Assembly (NCBI GenBank): GCA_029552125.1
Contig: JAKPEE010000128.1
Coordinates: 6,609-70,608 of the forward strand
DNA: 64,000 nucleotides
Origin: Bacillota bacterium
GTDB lineage: Bacteria; Bacillota; Dethiobacteria; DTU022
Direction of reading: 5' to 3'
In this document: positions 1 to 10,012 of the stretch, piece by piece
Layout of the letters: every line of letters begins with the position of its first letter
Position numbering within the stretch: position 1 is the stretch's first letter
Program-made: the position numbers and the translations under genes
The notes under the pieces: generated by a model
Told to the model about the DNA's origin: nothing
Databases searched by the model: none
The model's input: only the letters and a program-made list of their open reading frames with translations

Positions 1-340
1 AAAAGATTGGCCAGAGAATAGCCCGAAGGGCCGCCGGAAAAGCAGCAGGCAAAACCCTCCGCAAAATATTCAAGTGAGTCTTCAGGGCGCACGAGATCTG
101 CTTAGCAATAAACCCTGTATGCCAGTTTGCCATCACCGGCACCCATACTTAATGCTTAGACAGGGAAGAAAAATCGAAAAGATAGCAGAGGTTACGGTAA
201 GATGTGATAGGAATTTTACACAAAATGTGGTTTTGAAGGATATTTTGTTTCTATAGCTAACTAAAGAAGTAGATATATTCTGAAATAACAGTCCTGGGCA
301 TCACGATTAAGGTAAAAATTCCGAAAGGTAAGCTAACAGT

Positions 341-3300
341 ATGACGGATCAGACAATCCCAAGTGTGGGCCAAATCCTGAAAGGAACTCTGTTTGATGAG
401 CCGATGCGCATCGAAACAGTTGAGCAGGGTGGTAATAATAACTGGGTGCTCGGTCTTGTCGGTATGCAATCGGAACGTTTCCGCCGGGTTACCCTTAGCC
501 AAGAGGACCTATCCGGCCTTACTGTTACTGATCCAAATTTTACATATACGGGCGACGGCCGGCTGTTGCGATTAGGTTTACAGGCATATTCCCTCGGCAT
601 AGCTTACGAATTTGATCCCTATTTCGGACTGTCTATCTCCCGGGTAGACCCTCTGCCGCATCAACTCGAAGCAGTTTATGATTACCTTTTAAAACTGGCC
701 CGGATCCGTTTTCTGCTGGCTGACGATGCCGGCGCGGGTAAAACTATTATGGCCGGCCTGCTTATCCGTGAATTGCAGCTGCGTGGGCTGGCCGAACGGA
801 TCCTGGTTGTCTGTCCTGCGAACCTCTCTTTTCAGTGGCAACGCGAGCTGAAGGAAAAGTTTGATGAGACGTTCATCGTTCTCAAAGGGGCCAATATCCG
901 CGACCAGTTTGGGGTTAACCAGTGGCTGGAGCAGAACAAGGTGATTACCTCCCTTGATCTGGCCAAGAGGGAAGAGATCTTGCCCGGTTTAAAACAGGTT
1001 CATTGGGATCTGGTTATAATCGACGAAGCCCACCGCATGTCCTGGACTCCACCATCGCGTAAAACTGCCCGCTATGCTTTGGGCGAAATCTTGCGCGACA
1101 ACTCCGATCATATCCTTATGCTTACTGCGACACCACACAAGGGTGATCCGGAAAACTTCACCCTTTTTCTGCAGCTTCTGGATCGGGACGCCTACGCAGA
1201 TGTCCGTTCTATTCATGAAGCGATGGAACGGCGCCGCGCACCTTTTTACCTGCGACGCACCAAGGAGGCCATGGTTTATTTTCCGGAACGCCAGGCTGAC
1301 GGAACCTGGGTGGCGAAGAAGATTTTCACAAAGCGAATACCCAATACGGTTAATTTTCAGATCGACGGCGCCGAATTTGAACTCTACCAGAAAATAACCC
1401 GCTTTGTGAAGCGGCAAAGCGCCAGGGCAGCTGCCCGGGGCGATGATCCGCGGGCCCGCGCTGTCGGCTTTCTCATGTCTCTTTACCAGCGCAGGCTGGC
1501 TTCCAGCACCTACGCCTTGCGTCAAAGCCTTGAAAAACGGGTCCGCAGGCTTGAAGAGGGGTTGAAACGCGCCCAAGAGCTGGTCATGACAGTTCCTCCT
1601 AACCTTCCTACAGCGGAGGAAATGGAAGAGATGGAGGACTACGAACGTGAGAAGCTGGAAGAGCTGCTTGAAGCAATTACTTTAACCTCCAATGCTGAAG
1701 AAATTCTTGAAGAGATTAACGAGCTCAAAGAGCTGGCTGCACAAGCCCAAGCTGTGGAAGAATCAGGCTCCGAGGCCAAGCTCTCCAAACTAAACGAACT
1801 GTTGCATAAGGAAGGTTTCTTTGACAACCCCAAGCAGCGCCTGCTCGTATTTACGGAGTTTAAAGATACGCTCGACTACCTTGTGGAAAAACTTAAAGGA
1901 TGGGGGTTCAGTGTCGGCTATATCCACGGCGGAATGAGCCCGGGGTCACGTGATGAGCCCGGCGCCCGCCTTTATGCCGAGCAGCAATTTCGCGAGGGCG
2001 CCATCCAGGTGCTGGTGGCCACCGAGGCGGCGGGGGAAGGAATCAACCTGCAGGTTTGCAACATTCTCTTTAACTACGACATCCCCTGGAACCCCAACCG
2101 CCTGGAGCAGCGAATGGGCCGGATCCACCGTTATGGACAGCTAAAAGACTGCTTAATCTTCAACTTCGTAGCTGCCAACACCATCGAAGGCCGCGTTTTG
2201 CGGCGTCTTCTGGAAAAGCTTCAGGAGATCAGAGATGCTTTAGATGATGATGCTGTTTTCAATGTTCTGGGTGAAGTGCTGCCTTCCTCTCATATGGAGC
2301 GTATTTTGCGCGACTATTATGCAGGCAAGCTAAGCGATGTGGATCTGGAAGAAAGGTTGCTGGAAAATGTTGATGAAAGCCGTTTCCGGGCAATCTGCCA
2401 AACCGCCCTGGAAGGGTTGGCTTCAAAAAAGCTTAACCTGGAGATGCTGGTCGAGCGGAGGGCCCGTGCCCGGGAGCGGCGCGTGGTTCCGGAAACAATT
2501 GCCCGCTTTTTTCGCGAGGCGGCAGCGTATATTCCCCTGGAACTGAAAATCGTAAAGGGAATGCCCCATACTTTTGAAGGTTTTCGGACACCGCCGGCTT
2601 TAAAGCGAATCGAACAGATACCCGGTTGGAAGTTGCCGCCGCTTGCTGCCCGTTATCCCCGCTGCTCCATGGAACGGGACACGGCGGAGAAACATAACCT
2701 GGAGTGGGTTACACCCGGCCATCCCTTGTTTGAGGCGGTGCGCAGGCATACCCTGGAGAGGGCCTTCAAAGACCTTGAAGTGGGAGCTGTTTTTTATTCA
2801 CTGAATCATGAAGAGCCATCTCGTATCGATTTTTACCGCGCCCGGGTGGTAGACGGCCTGGGCAAAGCCGTGCATGAACGCCTCATTGCCGTGGAGCAGA
2901 CCGGTTCGGGAAAGTTTTACCAGCGAGAACCCAATGTTTTAGGAAACTTTACTCCGGCAGATAGGCCCGGTGAACTTCCTGATCTGGCCAGGGCTCCTGA
3001 GCCATCAGCTTGGCTGCACGAAAAAGTGCTGCAGCCTTTTCTCGAAGAAACGCGAGCCGAGCGCGTTGCCGAGGTCGAGCGTGTCGCGGCACATGTAGAG
3101 CTTTCTCTTACCGAACTGATACAGAAAGCCGATGAAGAAATCGGCAAAGCATATGGGGATAAGGAAAGGGGAATTCCCGGTGCCGAGGGCCGGCTGGCCC
3201 TGGCGGAGAACCGTCATGCGGAACTTTTAAACCGGCGAGAGCGCCGCCGCACGGAGCTTGCACAGCAGCGCTCTCTTACCCTGCAAGGAGTGGAACGTAT

Positions 3301-3757
3301 TTCTTCCGTCCTTGTGCTGCCTCATCCCGAGCGCGAGGCGCCGGAGGTGCGCCGCATGCGGCCGGACCTGGAAACGGAAGCTACCGCCATGCGGGTGGTC
3401 ATGGAATACGAAAGAAGTATGGGACGACAGGTGTACGATGTTTCTGAGAAAAATCTCGGCTATGACATAACCAGCCTTGATCTGAATTCCGGCGAACTGC
3501 GGCTGATCGAGGTTAAGGGGCTGGCTGCCGCTTCGGGCACTATTTTACTTACACCCAACGAGCGTCGCGTGGCCGAGGATCGCCGCGATTGCTACTGGCT
3601 TTACGTGGTCACAAACTGTGCATCTCAGCCTACCTTGCAGGAACCAATCAAAGATCCGGCGCGCTTCCCCTGGCATGAAGTAACCAAGGTACAGCACTAC
3701 TGGCTGGAAGTGGATGCCATGACCAGGCCGATGCAGGTGAGGGAGAATGATTCATAG
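341..3757 (+). CDS. SNF2-family SF2 helicase fused to a C-terminal DUF3883-like PD-(D/E)xK nuclease domain; helicase component of an Hma/MADS-like operon
   Basis: 1138-aa ORF. Helicase motifs LLADDAGAGKT (I), VIIDEAHRM (II), LMLTATPHKG (III), VLVATEAAGEGINLQ (V), QRMGRIHRYGQ (VI). The C-terminal GYDITSLD...LIEVKG looks like a D..ExK nuclease core as in DUF3883. Confidence 0.85.
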   Translation: MTDQTIPSVGQILKGTLFDEPMRIETVEQGGNNNWVLGLVGMQSERFRRVTLSQEDLSGLTVTDPNFTYTGDGRLLRLGLQAYSLGIAYEFDPYFGLSISRVDPLPHQLEAVYDYLLKLARIRFLLADDAGAGKTIMAGLLIRELQLRGLAERILVVCPANLSFQWQRELKEKFDETFIVLKGANIRDQFGVNQWLEQNKVITSLDLAKREEILPGLKQVHWDLVIIDEAHRMSWTPPSRKTARYALGEILRDNSDHILMLTATPHKGDPENFTLFLQLLDRDAYADVRSIHEAMERRRAPFYLRRTKEAMVYFPERQADGTWVAKKIFTKRIPNTVNFQIDGAEFELYQKITRFVKRQSARAAARGDDPRARAVGFLMSLYQRRLASSTYALRQSLEKRVRRLEEGLKRAQELVMTVPPNLPTAEEMEEMEDYEREKLEELLEAITLTSNAEEILEEINELKELAAQAQAVEESGSEAKLSKLNELLHKEGFFDNPKQRLLVFTEFKDTLDYLVEKLKGWGFSVGYIHGGMSPGSRDEPGARLYAEQQFREGAIQVLVATEAAGEGINLQVCNILFNYDIPWNPNRLEQRMGRIHRYGQLKDCLIFNFVAANTIEGRVLRRLLEKLQEIRDALDDDAVFNVLGEVLPSSHMERILRDYYAGKLSDVDLEERLLENVDESRFRAICQTALEGLASKKLNLEMLVERRARARERRVVPETIARFFREAAAYIPLELKIVKGMPHTFEGFRTPPALKRIEQIPGWKLPPLAARYPRCSMERDTAEKHNLEWVTPGHPLFEAVRRHTLERAFKDLEVGAVFYSLNHEEPSRIDFYRARVVDGLGKAVHERLIAVEQTGSGKFYQREPNVLGNFTPADRPGELPDLARAPEPSAWLHEKVLQPFLEETRAERVAEVERVAAHVELSLTELIQKADEEIGKAYGDKERGIPGAEGRLALAENRHAELLNRRERRRTELAQQRSLTLQGVERISSVLVLPHPEREAPEVRRMRPDLETEATAMRVVMEYERSMGRQVYDVSEKNLGYDITSLDLNSGELRLIEVKGLAAASGTILLTPNERRVAEDRRDCYWLYVVTNCASQPTLQEPIKDPARFPWHEVTKVQHYWLEVDAMTRPMQVRENDS

Positions 3758-3787
3758 ATGAACTATTTGAAAGGTGGGCAAATTTGA

Positions 3788-5738
3788 ATGATAACTTGGG
3801 ACGAGGGTTTATTACCCGAACAAAGAAATGCCGCCATGCATATTGGCTCAAACGCATATCTTCTTGCCGGACCAGGAACGGGTAAAACCCTAACTTTGAC
3901 TAGACATATTTGTTACCTTATAGACGTAAAGGGTGTTCAACCAGAGTTAATATGTGTCTTAACATTTACACGTGCTGCAGCTCGAGAACTTTGCCAGCGA
4001 GTTAAAACCGTAGTAGGACATGAAAGAATGCCTAAGATTTTTACTTTACACTCTTTTGCTCTCAGGCAAATACTACGGAATTCTGGACGGCTCACGTTGG
4101 TTCCGCAACCTCTTAGAATCGCTGATGATTGGGAAGAGCGTAATATTATTTTGGAAGACCTGAAAACCTTACTTGGGTTAGGTAATATTAATGAAGCAAG
4201 AGATTTACTAAATAAGCTGTCAGCTGATTGGCAACACCTTACAGTTGAAAAAGGTGAATGGGAGCAACGCTTTGCTAACCCTGCTTTTCTTGGGGCGTGG
4301 AGAGAGCACCGTGAAATATATGGTTATGTTCTTCGTGCCGAACTTGTTTATCAATTAAAACTTGCTTTAGAGCAATACGACGATTTTGTCCTGGAGGGAC
4401 CACCACGGTATCTTCTTGTTGATGAGTATCAAGATCTTAACCGGTGTGATTTGGCAGTTGTGAAAGCGATTGCAGATACTGGTGCTGAAATCTTTGCCGC
4501 TGGTGATGACGATCAAAGTATTTATGGTTTCAGAATGGCTCATCCGGAAGGGATACGTCGGTTCTCTAGGGATTATGCTGATGCCTGTAAACTAGAGCTT
4601 GAAATATGTAAGCGTTGTGATCAAGAAATCCTTGAGCTCGGGTTGTTTGTTGCTTGTCAGGACTACGCTAGGTTGAGAAAGCCTCTTCGGGCGGAAGATG
4701 GTCGTCAAGGTGCAGAGATAGCTCTATTGCGTTTTCAGAACCAATTTCAGGAAGCACAAGGTATTGCACTGCTTTGCCGATATTTGATTTACACCCATAG
4801 AGTTAAACCCGAACAAATACTTATTCTTCTACGAGCGGACCGCAATGGTTGCTTTTCGTCAGTAATCCGACAACAATTGGAGCAACATGTAGTCCCGTGT
4901 AATGTTGCTACTGCAGATACAGATCCATTAAATGAGAGAACAATGCGTATAGTACTATCCTTTCTAAGGTTACTAGAAAATGCAAGTGACCATCTAGCTT
5001 GGAGGACGCTACTTAACCAACGTGATAATAGAATAGGCCCAGGAGCTATAAATTCTGTTTATCAATTCGCTAGAACACAAGGCTTAAGTTTTACGGAAGC
5101 ACTCATTAATATATCTAATGATCCCTCTCTTATAAGTGAACGGTATGGACGATTAATTAATGCCGAAGTTAAAGCCATCAAAGAAATATTACTCGAATTG
5201 CTTACGTTATTACCTTCCGAGGAAGAAGATACAAGTTTGATTGAATCTCTAAGCAGAATAATCAACCACCTTGTGAATTCACCGGATGAACGTAGAATAA
5301 TTCAGGATCACATTAATAAAATTATTGAAATGGCTGAACCAAATTCCATTGGGGATCTTTTACGTGCCATTCAGGTTTCGAAAGAAGACATTGAGCAAGA
5401 AATAGATGAGGGCAAAGTTAATATCTTGACTATGCATAAAGCTAAGGGGCTTACAGCGGAAGCTGTAATTATTGCAGCTGCAGAAGATGAAATACTTACC
5501 TGGTCGTGCTGTAGGTAACATGATTGGTGATGAACGGAGACTTTTATATGTTTCTTTAACAAGAGCAAAACATTATCTATTTATTACATACTGCAACAGT
5601 AGAACTGGACAGCAACGTCATACAGGGAGGACTTCCGGTAATACACGCCGATCTCTTACTCGTTTTTTACAAGGTGCACCAATAACTTCTCAACGTGGAA
5701 TGGAATATATACTAAATTTAAGTGAGAGACTGCCATGA
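3788..5738 (+). pseudogene. UvrD/Rep/PcrA-like SF1 helicase interrupted by a single +1 frameshift near 5493-5518
   Basis: The 576-aa ORF (3788..5518) carries GPGTGKT (Walker A), LLVDEYQDLN (II), AAGDDDQSIYGFR (III) and TMHKAKGLTAEAVII (V). Motif VI, ERRLLYVSLTRAKHYLFITY, continues in the next frame (ORF 5472..5738). The total length of 1951 nt is 3n+1. Hand-counted 60-nt samples give 33-43% GC against about 55-68% in the flanking genes. Confidence 0.8.
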
Positions 5739-8728
5739 TACCTAAAGAATGTAAGCGAATTGCTGAAGTTGATTTTCCCATTGCAGAGGTTTCTAAACAT
5801 TCAGTCCGGGAAAAATCTATACGCCATGGGCATCCTTCTACGCTGCACTTGTGGTGGGCGCGGCGGCCGCTGGCTGCGTGTCGGGCTATGCTTCTGGCGT
5901 TGCTTTTACCTGACCCCTGTGATTCCAATTGCCCGGAAGAATTTAAAATAAATGCGCGAAAGCTATTACCACAGTTGACCGGTAATATAGGTCCTGAGGA
6001 TATAGATTTAAGAAAGGCCATCTTAAAGTTTATCGGGAATTTTGCCGACTGGGACAATGCCGGGAACCCTTTATTTCTTGAAATAGGGCGGGGGTTGGTT
6101 AAAGCAGCCTATCCTGAAGAAAATCCGCTGGTAGCAGATCCTTTTGCCGGAGGGGGGTCGATCCCCCTGGAGGCGCTGAGGCTTGGCTGCGAAGCTTTTG
6201 CCGGCGACTTGAATCCCGTGGCCTGCCTTATTTTGAAAGTCATGCTTGAGGATATCCCCCGGCATGGACCGGAGCTGGCGGAAGAACTTCGCCGTGTTGG
6301 AGCAGAAATTAAGAAAAAAGTAGAGCAGGAACTGGCCGAGCTATATCCCCGGGATCCGGACGGAGCCACGCCTATTGCCTATCTTTGGGCGCGCACGGTT
6401 AAATGCGAATCGCCGCACTGCGGCGCGGAGATACCTTTAGTCAGGTCCTTTTGGCTTTGCAAGAAGAAAAACCGGAAAAGGGTGCTGCGGTATAAGATAA
6501 TCAAAGCCGTTGAAGGGCCGCCAACTGTCGAGTTTGAGATATTTGAACCGAAGTCTGATTCAGAAGTGGCCAAAGGAACCGTGTCCCGCGCCAGGGCAGC
6601 CTGCCTTTGCTGCGGCACTATTCTGCCCCCTGAGCGGGTGCGGGCGCAGTTAACTGAACAGCGCGGCGGGGCGGATGTCATATTTGACCAGGAGGGGCGT
6701 CGTATCGGTGGCGCACGCCTGCTGGCGGTGGTCACTTTGCGGCCCGGAGAGCAGGGCCGCTATTACCGGTTGCCTGCAGAGCGGGATTATGTTGCAGTGA
6801 AAAAAGCAAAAGATCGGCTGGCAAGGATATTGGAAAAATGGGAACACGGGGGTAAGCAGGGATTATGCCCGGTGCCGGATGAGCCTTTACCGCCAATTGG
6901 AACGCTGGGTTTTCGTGTTCAACGATACGGCATGCTTCAATGGGGTGACCTGTTTACAGCTAGGCAGAAGGCGGCATTATCAACTTTAGCGTTGTTTGCT
7001 AGAAAAGTACAATTGTCACAAAACGTGCCAGCTAATGAGGCAGCAGCATTAGTAGTGAATCGATGTGCAGACTATATGAGTTCAATTTGTGTATGGCATA
7101 TCCCAAAGCAACTCATTGCACATACGTTTGGGCGTCAGGCTCTCCCTATTACATGGGATTTTTGCGAATGCAATCCTTTTGGGGAGGGACCAGGAAATAT
7201 AAATGGTGCGGTTCAGTGGGTTTCAAAGGTTGTAACCTCTTGGCCTAACTTTGGTAGTAATATTCAGCAAAGCCCTAGTGCCATGGTTCAGCTAGCTGAT
7301 GCTACTAAACATCCACTTCCTGATGCTACTGCAGCCATATGGTTTACTGATCCACCATATTATGATGCCATTCCATATGCAGATCTTTCAGATTTTTTTC
7401 TTGTTTGGCTTAAGCGAGCACTGCCGGATCATCCATTGTTGCGTGATCCCTTTGACCCCCAAAATATACTCTCACCCAAGCGCCAGGAGGCAGTGCAGGA
7501 TGAGACAAAAAAGGACAACGGACAGATTAAAGACAAAGCATGGTTTGAGAATACGATGGCCAAAGCTTTTGCCGAAGGGCGTCGTGTCTTAAGCAATGAA
7601 GGAGTCGGCTCTGTTGTTTTTGCTCATAAAACTACAGAAGGCTGGGAGGCTTTGCTTACTGGGCTTATTTGGGGTGGTTGGACGATAACCGGATCATGGC
7701 CTATTGCTACAGAGATGGGTTCGCGTCTTAGAGCTCGCGATTCTGCTGCACTCGCTACCAGTGTCCATCTTGTCTGCCGACCCCGGCCCGATGACGCGCC
7801 TGTCGGTGACTGGGGTGAAGTGCTGCGCGAATTACCGCAGCGGGTGGGTAACTGGATGGAATACCTGCAAGAACAGGGTGTTCGCGGTGCGGACCTGGTT
7901 TTTGCCTGTATCGGGCCGGCATTGGAAATTTACAGCCGTTACTCCAGGGTTGAAACCGCCGCGGGGGATGAAGTTAAACTGGCCGCGTACCTGGAGAAGG
8001 TTTGGGAAGTGGTCGGTCGCATTGCTTTGGAGCAAGTGCTGGGTACTGCCGAGGCCCGGGCCCGCAACGGTGCTGCAGGCGCCCTGGAGGAAGATGCCAG
8101 GTTAACCGCCCTATTTCTTTGGACAATTCAGAGTACCAACGGCCAGCGGAATAATGAATCCGCTGATGATGAGGAGGAAAAAGACGACACCAGGGTTGCC
8201 TTTGCAAAAGGTTACAGCCTGGTCTTTGACGTGGTGCGCCGCTTCGCCCAACCGTTGGGGATTGATCTTCCCAGGTGGGAAAACCGGATCATCAAAACCG
8301 AAAAAGGTGTAGTCAGGCTACTGCCCGTCAAGGAGAGGGCCAGGCAACTTTTCGGTGAAGAGGGAACTGCATCTGCGGCGGAATGGATGGAGAGCGAACC
8401 GCAGACAGATATCCAGTTGGTGCTTTTCCCGGAACTTCAGCGGGAGCGCTCGCCTAAAATTCGGGGAAGAGGCCGCCGTAAAATTGCCGTGGACCCCTCG
8501 GCCCTGGAGAGCGTCAGCAGGGAAGAGGTGACTACCCTGGACCGGGTCCATGCCGCCATGCTGCTTCAGGCCGGCGGTCAAACCAACGCCTTGCGGGCGC
8601 TGGTCAAGTCTGAGGTGGAACGCGGCCCTGATTTTTTGCGCCTGGCCAACGCTCTTTCCGCCCTTTATCCCACGGGCAGCGAAGAGAAAAGGCTTCTCGA
8701 TGCCATGTTGCTGGCTGTGCCGCGATAG
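5735..8728 (+). CDS. DUF1156/COG1743-type DNA methyltransferase (DPPY, N6A/N4C class) with an internal Zn-ribbon
   Basis: 997-aa ORF. The N-terminus EVDFPIAEVS...HGHPSTLHLWWARRPLAACRA is typical of DUF1156. SAM motif DPFAGGGSIPLEA; catalytic FTDPPYYD; Cys pairs CESPHCG...CLCCG. The start overlaps the upstream stop as ATGA. Confidence 0.85.
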   Translation: MIPKECKRIAEVDFPIAEVSKHSVREKSIRHGHPSTLHLWWARRPLAACRAMLLALLLPDPCDSNCPEEFKINARKLLPQLTGNIGPEDIDLRKAILKFIGNFADWDNAGNPLFLEIGRGLVKAAYPEENPLVADPFAGGGSIPLEALRLGCEAFAGDLNPVACLILKVMLEDIPRHGPELAEELRRVGAEIKKKVEQELAELYPRDPDGATPIAYLWARTVKCESPHCGAEIPLVRSFWLCKKKNRKRVLRYKIIKAVEGPPTVEFEIFEPKSDSEVAKGTVSRARAACLCCGTILPPERVRAQLTEQRGGADVIFDQEGRRIGGARLLAVVTLRPGEQGRYYRLPAERDYVAVKKAKDRLARILEKWEHGGKQGLCPVPDEPLPPIGTLGFRVQRYGMLQWGDLFTARQKAALSTLALFARKVQLSQNVPANEAAALVVNRCADYMSSICVWHIPKQLIAHTFGRQALPITWDFCECNPFGEGPGNINGAVQWVSKVVTSWPNFGSNIQQSPSAMVQLADATKHPLPDATAAIWFTDPPYYDAIPYADLSDFFLVWLKRALPDHPLLRDPFDPQNILSPKRQEAVQDETKKDNGQIKDKAWFENTMAKAFAEGRRVLSNEGVGSVVFAHKTTEGWEALLTGLIWGGWTITGSWPIATEMGSRLRARDSAALATSVHLVCRPRPDDAPVGDWGEVLRELPQRVGNWMEYLQEQGVRGADLVFACIGPALEIYSRYSRVETAAGDEVKLAAYLEKVWEVVGRIALEQVLGTAEARARNGAAGALEEDARLTALFLWTIQSTNGQRNNESADDEEEKDDTRVAFAKGYSLVFDVVRRFAQPLGIDLPRWENRIIKTEKGVVRLLPVKERARQLFGEEGTASAAEWMESEPQTDIQLVLFPELQRERSPKIRGRGRRKIAVDPSALESVSREEVTTLDRVHAAMLLQAGGQTNALRALVKSEVERGPDFLRLANALSALYPTGSEEKRLLDAMLLAVPR

Positions 8729-8742
8729 GAGCGATTAATGAA

Positions 8743-9174
8743 ATGTTAACCCAGGCGGAAGCAAACGCCTTAATCGCCATGCGGAAGCGTTTTGTCGCCC
8801 CGCGCCCTATTTCCCTGCCGCCGGGAATTGACGAAACACATGAACTAATTGGTGAAGATAAGCGCGAGCATTTTCTGCTTGATCTTTGGCGCGGGACAAT
8901 GCGCCTTTCAAAGTATAAAATGCAGACCAGGGGGCGTATAATTGTCGTACTGGTACGCCTGGATATAAACGGAGCGCCACATACTAATCCGGATGGGCAA
9001 ATACTTGATGGCACTCATTTACACCTTTACCGGGAAGGCTTTGATGACAAATGGGCTTATCCAGTTGATCCGGAATTGTTTCATGATGTCGAGGATGCGG
9101 GAACTGCATTTAAGGATTTCTGTCGCTATTGTCATATAGAGGAGATCCCTCCATACCAGGAGGTGTTATTATGA
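8743..9174 (+). CDS. hypothetical 143-aa protein embedded in the defence operon
   Basis: Clean ORF 14 nt after the methyltransferase stop, and its stop overlaps the next start (ATGA). I cannot place any motif. The conserved-looking core is VVLVRLDINGAPHTNPDG...THLHLYREGFDDKWAYP. Confidence 0.6.
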   Translation: MLTQAEANALIAMRKRFVAPRPISLPPGIDETHELIGEDKREHFLLDLWRGTMRLSKYKMQTRGRIIVVLVRLDINGAPHTNPDGQILDGTHLHLYREGFDDKWAYPVDPELFHDVEDAGTAFKDFCRYCHIEEIPPYQEVLL

Positions 9175-9944
9175 ACCTACATGAATGCCGCCAACTGATT
9201 GATGCATATCTGGATTGGTTGCGCAAGGGACTCAGCGTAGAGCATCTTGGCCAATCCTGTGAATTGACGACTCCTTTTTTGGATAGACATAACGATCACT
9301 TGCAAATCTATGCCTCAACCGAAAATGGAAAGATTATTCTCAGCGATGACGGTTATATCCTTGCAGATCTACGCACAAGCGGGTTGGAAATGGTAACACC
9401 GAAACGTAAAGCCGTGTTGCAATCAATTTTAAACGGATTTGGGGTTAAGACAGACGGCAAACGTCTTTTTGTTGAAACTTCTTCGCGAAATCTTGCTCAA
9501 AAGATGCATTCGTTGATTCAGGCCATGATTTCCATTAACGATATGTTTGTATTAGCTCAACCGCGTGTTGCTTCCTTCTTTTGGGAAGATGTCCGCGCCT
9601 ACCTGGATCAGCATGATGTGCGCTATAGTCCCCGTGTTAAGATTTCAGGACGTTCCGGGTACGATCATGCGGTTGACTTTTTAATTCCTAAATCAAGAAC
9701 ACGCCCCGAACGTATAGTTCAAGCGATCAATGCCCCGGATAGAAATACAATCTCTTCATATCTTTTTATCCTGGAAGACACGTATGAAATAAGAGGTGAG
9801 GAATCAGAAGCTTATGCTTTTCTTAATGATCAGCACAGGACAATCGGCGGTGACGTAATAGAGGCGCTGGAGGTCTATAAGGTTATTCCCGTGTTGTGGT
9901 CGCAGCGGGAAAAAGAAAAGTATGTGGAAGCATTGGCCGGTTGA
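9171..9944 (+). CDS. DUF1828/DUF1829-like protein
   Basis: ATG at 9171 is preceded by CCAGGAGGTG and overlaps the upstream TGA. TPFLDRHNDHLQIYAS..GKIILSDDGYILADLRTSG resembles DUF1828. The C-terminal ISGRSGYDHAVDFLIPK resembles DUF1829. Family assignment is from memory. Confidence 0.55.
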   Translation: MNLHECRQLIDAYLDWLRKGLSVEHLGQSCELTTPFLDRHNDHLQIYASTENGKIILSDDGYILADLRTSGLEMVTPKRKAVLQSILNGFGVKTDGKRLFVETSSRNLAQKMHSLIQAMISINDMFVLAQPRVASFFWEDVRAYLDQHDVRYSPRVKISGRSGYDHAVDFLIPKSRTRPERIVQAINAPDRNTISSYLFILEDTYEIRGEESEAYAFLNDQHRTIGGDVIEALEVYKVIPVLWSQREKEKYVEALAG

Positions 9945-10012
9945 GGAATGGAATTTAAATATGTAATTCTGTGGATTAGCAAGTAGTGAAAAAAACCCGA
10001 GGTGATCCCTAC

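Noticed and set aside
74-256. 60-aa + strand ORF at the window start
   Set aside because: It has an implausible composition and no RBS, and it lies in the leader region upstream of the SNF2 gene. Only the first 77 or so nt (frame 3, ..KIGQRIARRAAGKAAGKTLRKIFK*) might be the tail of an upstream gene, and that is too short to call.
5472-5738. 88-aa ORF as an independent gene
   Set aside because: It encodes UvrD motif VI (ERRLLYVSLTRAK) and is the out-of-frame continuation of 3788..5518. I merged it into the pseudogene call.
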